A DNA stretch of 64,000 nucleotides, from the NCBI GenBank assembly GCA_934444485.1, contig CAKSCN010000001.1:12355-76354 (forward strand), read 5' to 3'. The notes under the pieces are model-generated. The model worked only from the letters and a program-made list of their open reading frames with translations, did not search any database and was not told the DNA's origin. This DNA is from an uncultured Eubacteriales bacterium. Its GTDB lineage: Bacteria; Bacillota; Clostridia; Oscillospirales; CAG-382. This document shows positions 62,729 to 64,000 of the stretch, piece by piece. Both the position numbers and the translations under genes were made by a program. Within the stretch, counting starts at the first letter, position 1. Each line of letters opens with the position of its first letter.

Positions 62729-64000
62729 TTACTCCGCATCTTCGGTCTTCTTCTTTCTGGTTGTCTTCTTGGGTTCCTCGGAACCGTCCTCGGTCTTAGC
62801 CTTCTTTGCACGGGTCTTCTTGGGCTTTTCCTCGGTCTTTGCTTCCTCCGCTGCCTTTGCGGCTTCTGCGTCAAGCTCCTCCTTGGTTACGGTCTCTTCG
62901 GTGATGTCCGCATACTCTCTTACCTTTGCGAAAGCCTTTTCGTAGGTTATCTCGTCCTTGAGGTAGTCGGGGGTGAGAGCCTTCTTTACGTCGTCAGCCT
63001 TCATGCCGTAAGCGGAAGCGATTTCGTTGTACTTAGCTTCGATGTCCTCGTCTGTCGCCTCAATACCCTCAAGCTTGATTATCTCTTCGAGAGCGAGAGA
63101 ACGCTTTACGTTGACCTCAGCAGCCTTGGAGTAGTGCTCCTTGAGGGACTCCTTGGTCATGCCGGTATACTTCATGAACATATCGAGGCTCATGCCCTGC
63201 TGACGGAGGTTAGCGTCGTATTCTCTTACGAGGTTTTCCTTTTCCTTGTCGTACATAACCTCGGGAATATCAGCTTCAACAAGCGCGCAGAGAGCTTCCG
63301 CAAGCTCCTCGCCGAGACGTCTTTCAGCGTCTGCGTCATGCTTCTTCTCTATCTTTGCCTTGATATCAGCCTTGTATTCATCGAGAGTATCGAATTCCGA
63401 TGCGTCCTTTGCGAACTCGTCGTCGAGAGCCGGAAGCTCTTCCTTTTCGAGAGAGTTGAGCTTTACCTTGAATACGGCAGCCTTGCCCTTGAGGTCCTCA
63501 GCATGGTACTCTTCGGGGAAGGTTACGTTTACGTCGAATTCCTCGCCGGGCTTTTTGCCGACGATCTGCTCCTCAAATCCGGGGATGAACTGACCGGAGC
63601 CGAGAGTGAGCTTGTGACCCTCGTCCTTGCCGCCTGCGAATGCGACTCCGTCAACAAAACCTTCGTAGTCGATGTTTGCGATGTCGCCTGTCTCTGCGGC
63701 TCTGTCCTCAACGGCAATGCTTCTTGCGAGTCTCTTGCGCGCTATCTCGAGGTCTGCGTCAACTTCGCTGTCCTCAACCTTGACGGTCTTCTTTGTGAGC
63801 TTAATGCCCTTATAGTCGCCGAGCTTTACGTCGGGCTTTCTGATGAATGTGACCTTTGCGATAACGCCCTCTTCGTTTTCAAAGTCAACGTCGGTGATTT
63901 CGGGAGTGTCGATAACGGTGTAGCCGCTTTCCTTTGCGCCTGCCTCGATTTCAGAGGGGAGAACGTCGTTTATTGCGTCCTCGAAGAATATGCCCTTGCC
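62729..64000 (-). CDS. tig: trigger factor (5-prime end beyond the window) with a K/E-rich C-terminal tail
   Basis: By my own translation the reverse frame stays open from 62729 to the window end. The product includes an FKBP-type PPIase region ([44 protein letters not shown]) and the C-terminal arm. The ORF track shows only the part from an internal Met. Confidence 0.9.
   Translation of the reverse strand, partial: GKGIFFEDAINDVLPSEIEAGAKESGYTVIDTPEITDVDFENEEGVIAKVTFIRKPDVKLGDYKGIKLTKKTVKVEDSEVDADLEIARKRLARSIAVEDRAAETGDIANIDYEGFVDGVAFAGGKDEGHKLTLGSGQFIPGFEEQIVGKKPGEEFDVNVTFPEEYHAEDLKGKAAVFKVKLNSLEKEELPALDDEFAKDASEFDTLDEYKADIKAKIEKKHDADAERRLGEELAEALCALVEADIPEVMYDKEKENLVREYDANLRQQGMSLDMFMKYTGMTKESLKEHYSKAAEVNVKRSLALEEIIKLEGIEATDEDIEAKYNEIASAYGMKADDVKKALTPDYLKDEITYEKAFAKVREYADITEETVTKEELDAEAAKAAEEAKTEEKPKKTRAKKAKTEDGSEEPKKTTRKKKTEDAE

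Overview
This 64 kb window looks like chromosome from a Clostridia bacterium, probably Oscillospiraceae or Ruminococcus-like. That call is an inference from dockerin and cohesin modules, spoVT, a Phe T-box leader, and strong GGAGG-type ribosome-binding sites.

Housekeeping blocks:
- pheS, a yitT-family gene and pheT, all on the minus strand (4.5-9.6 kb), preceded by a T-box leader.
- pduL, a NifU-like gene and a GGGtGRT-family gene (15.4-17.8 kb).
- spoVT, then clpX, clpP and tig (59.7-64 kb).

Accessory regions:
1. A sigma/anti-sigma pair with two small secreted proteins. A shared 39-bp upstream motif links them.
2. An AraC regulator next to a dockerin-bearing GH2 enzyme.
3. A surface-protein region (17.9-44.5 kb). 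It holds a frameshifted BspA-type LRR gene and a 3,660-aa S8 protease-LRR giant. It also holds a compact cohesin/dockerin cluster whose dockerin cargo is peptidoglycan hydrolases, not CAZymes.
4. An AT-richer defence island (45-59.3 kb).

The best candidate for something new is in the defence island. It is a six-gene, translationally coupled operon in which a Type III Mod/Res pair is expanded. The additions are an ASCH-SNF2 helicase, a DUF4391 protein and two uncharacterised inserted ORFs. One inserted ORF carries a HEPN-like RNxxxH motif. The operon sits next to HD-domain and DUF4238-like orphan genes.

The intergenic regions contain a mosaic repeat family with 7-bp AATTGAC-type arrays, a type I toxin-antitoxin-like convergent locus, and a 27-bp perfect inverted repeat shared by two divergent 5-prime leaders.

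No rRNA, tRNA, CRISPR array, integrase or transposase was recognised. All homology calls come from motif recognition by eye. No searches were run and GC content was not computed.
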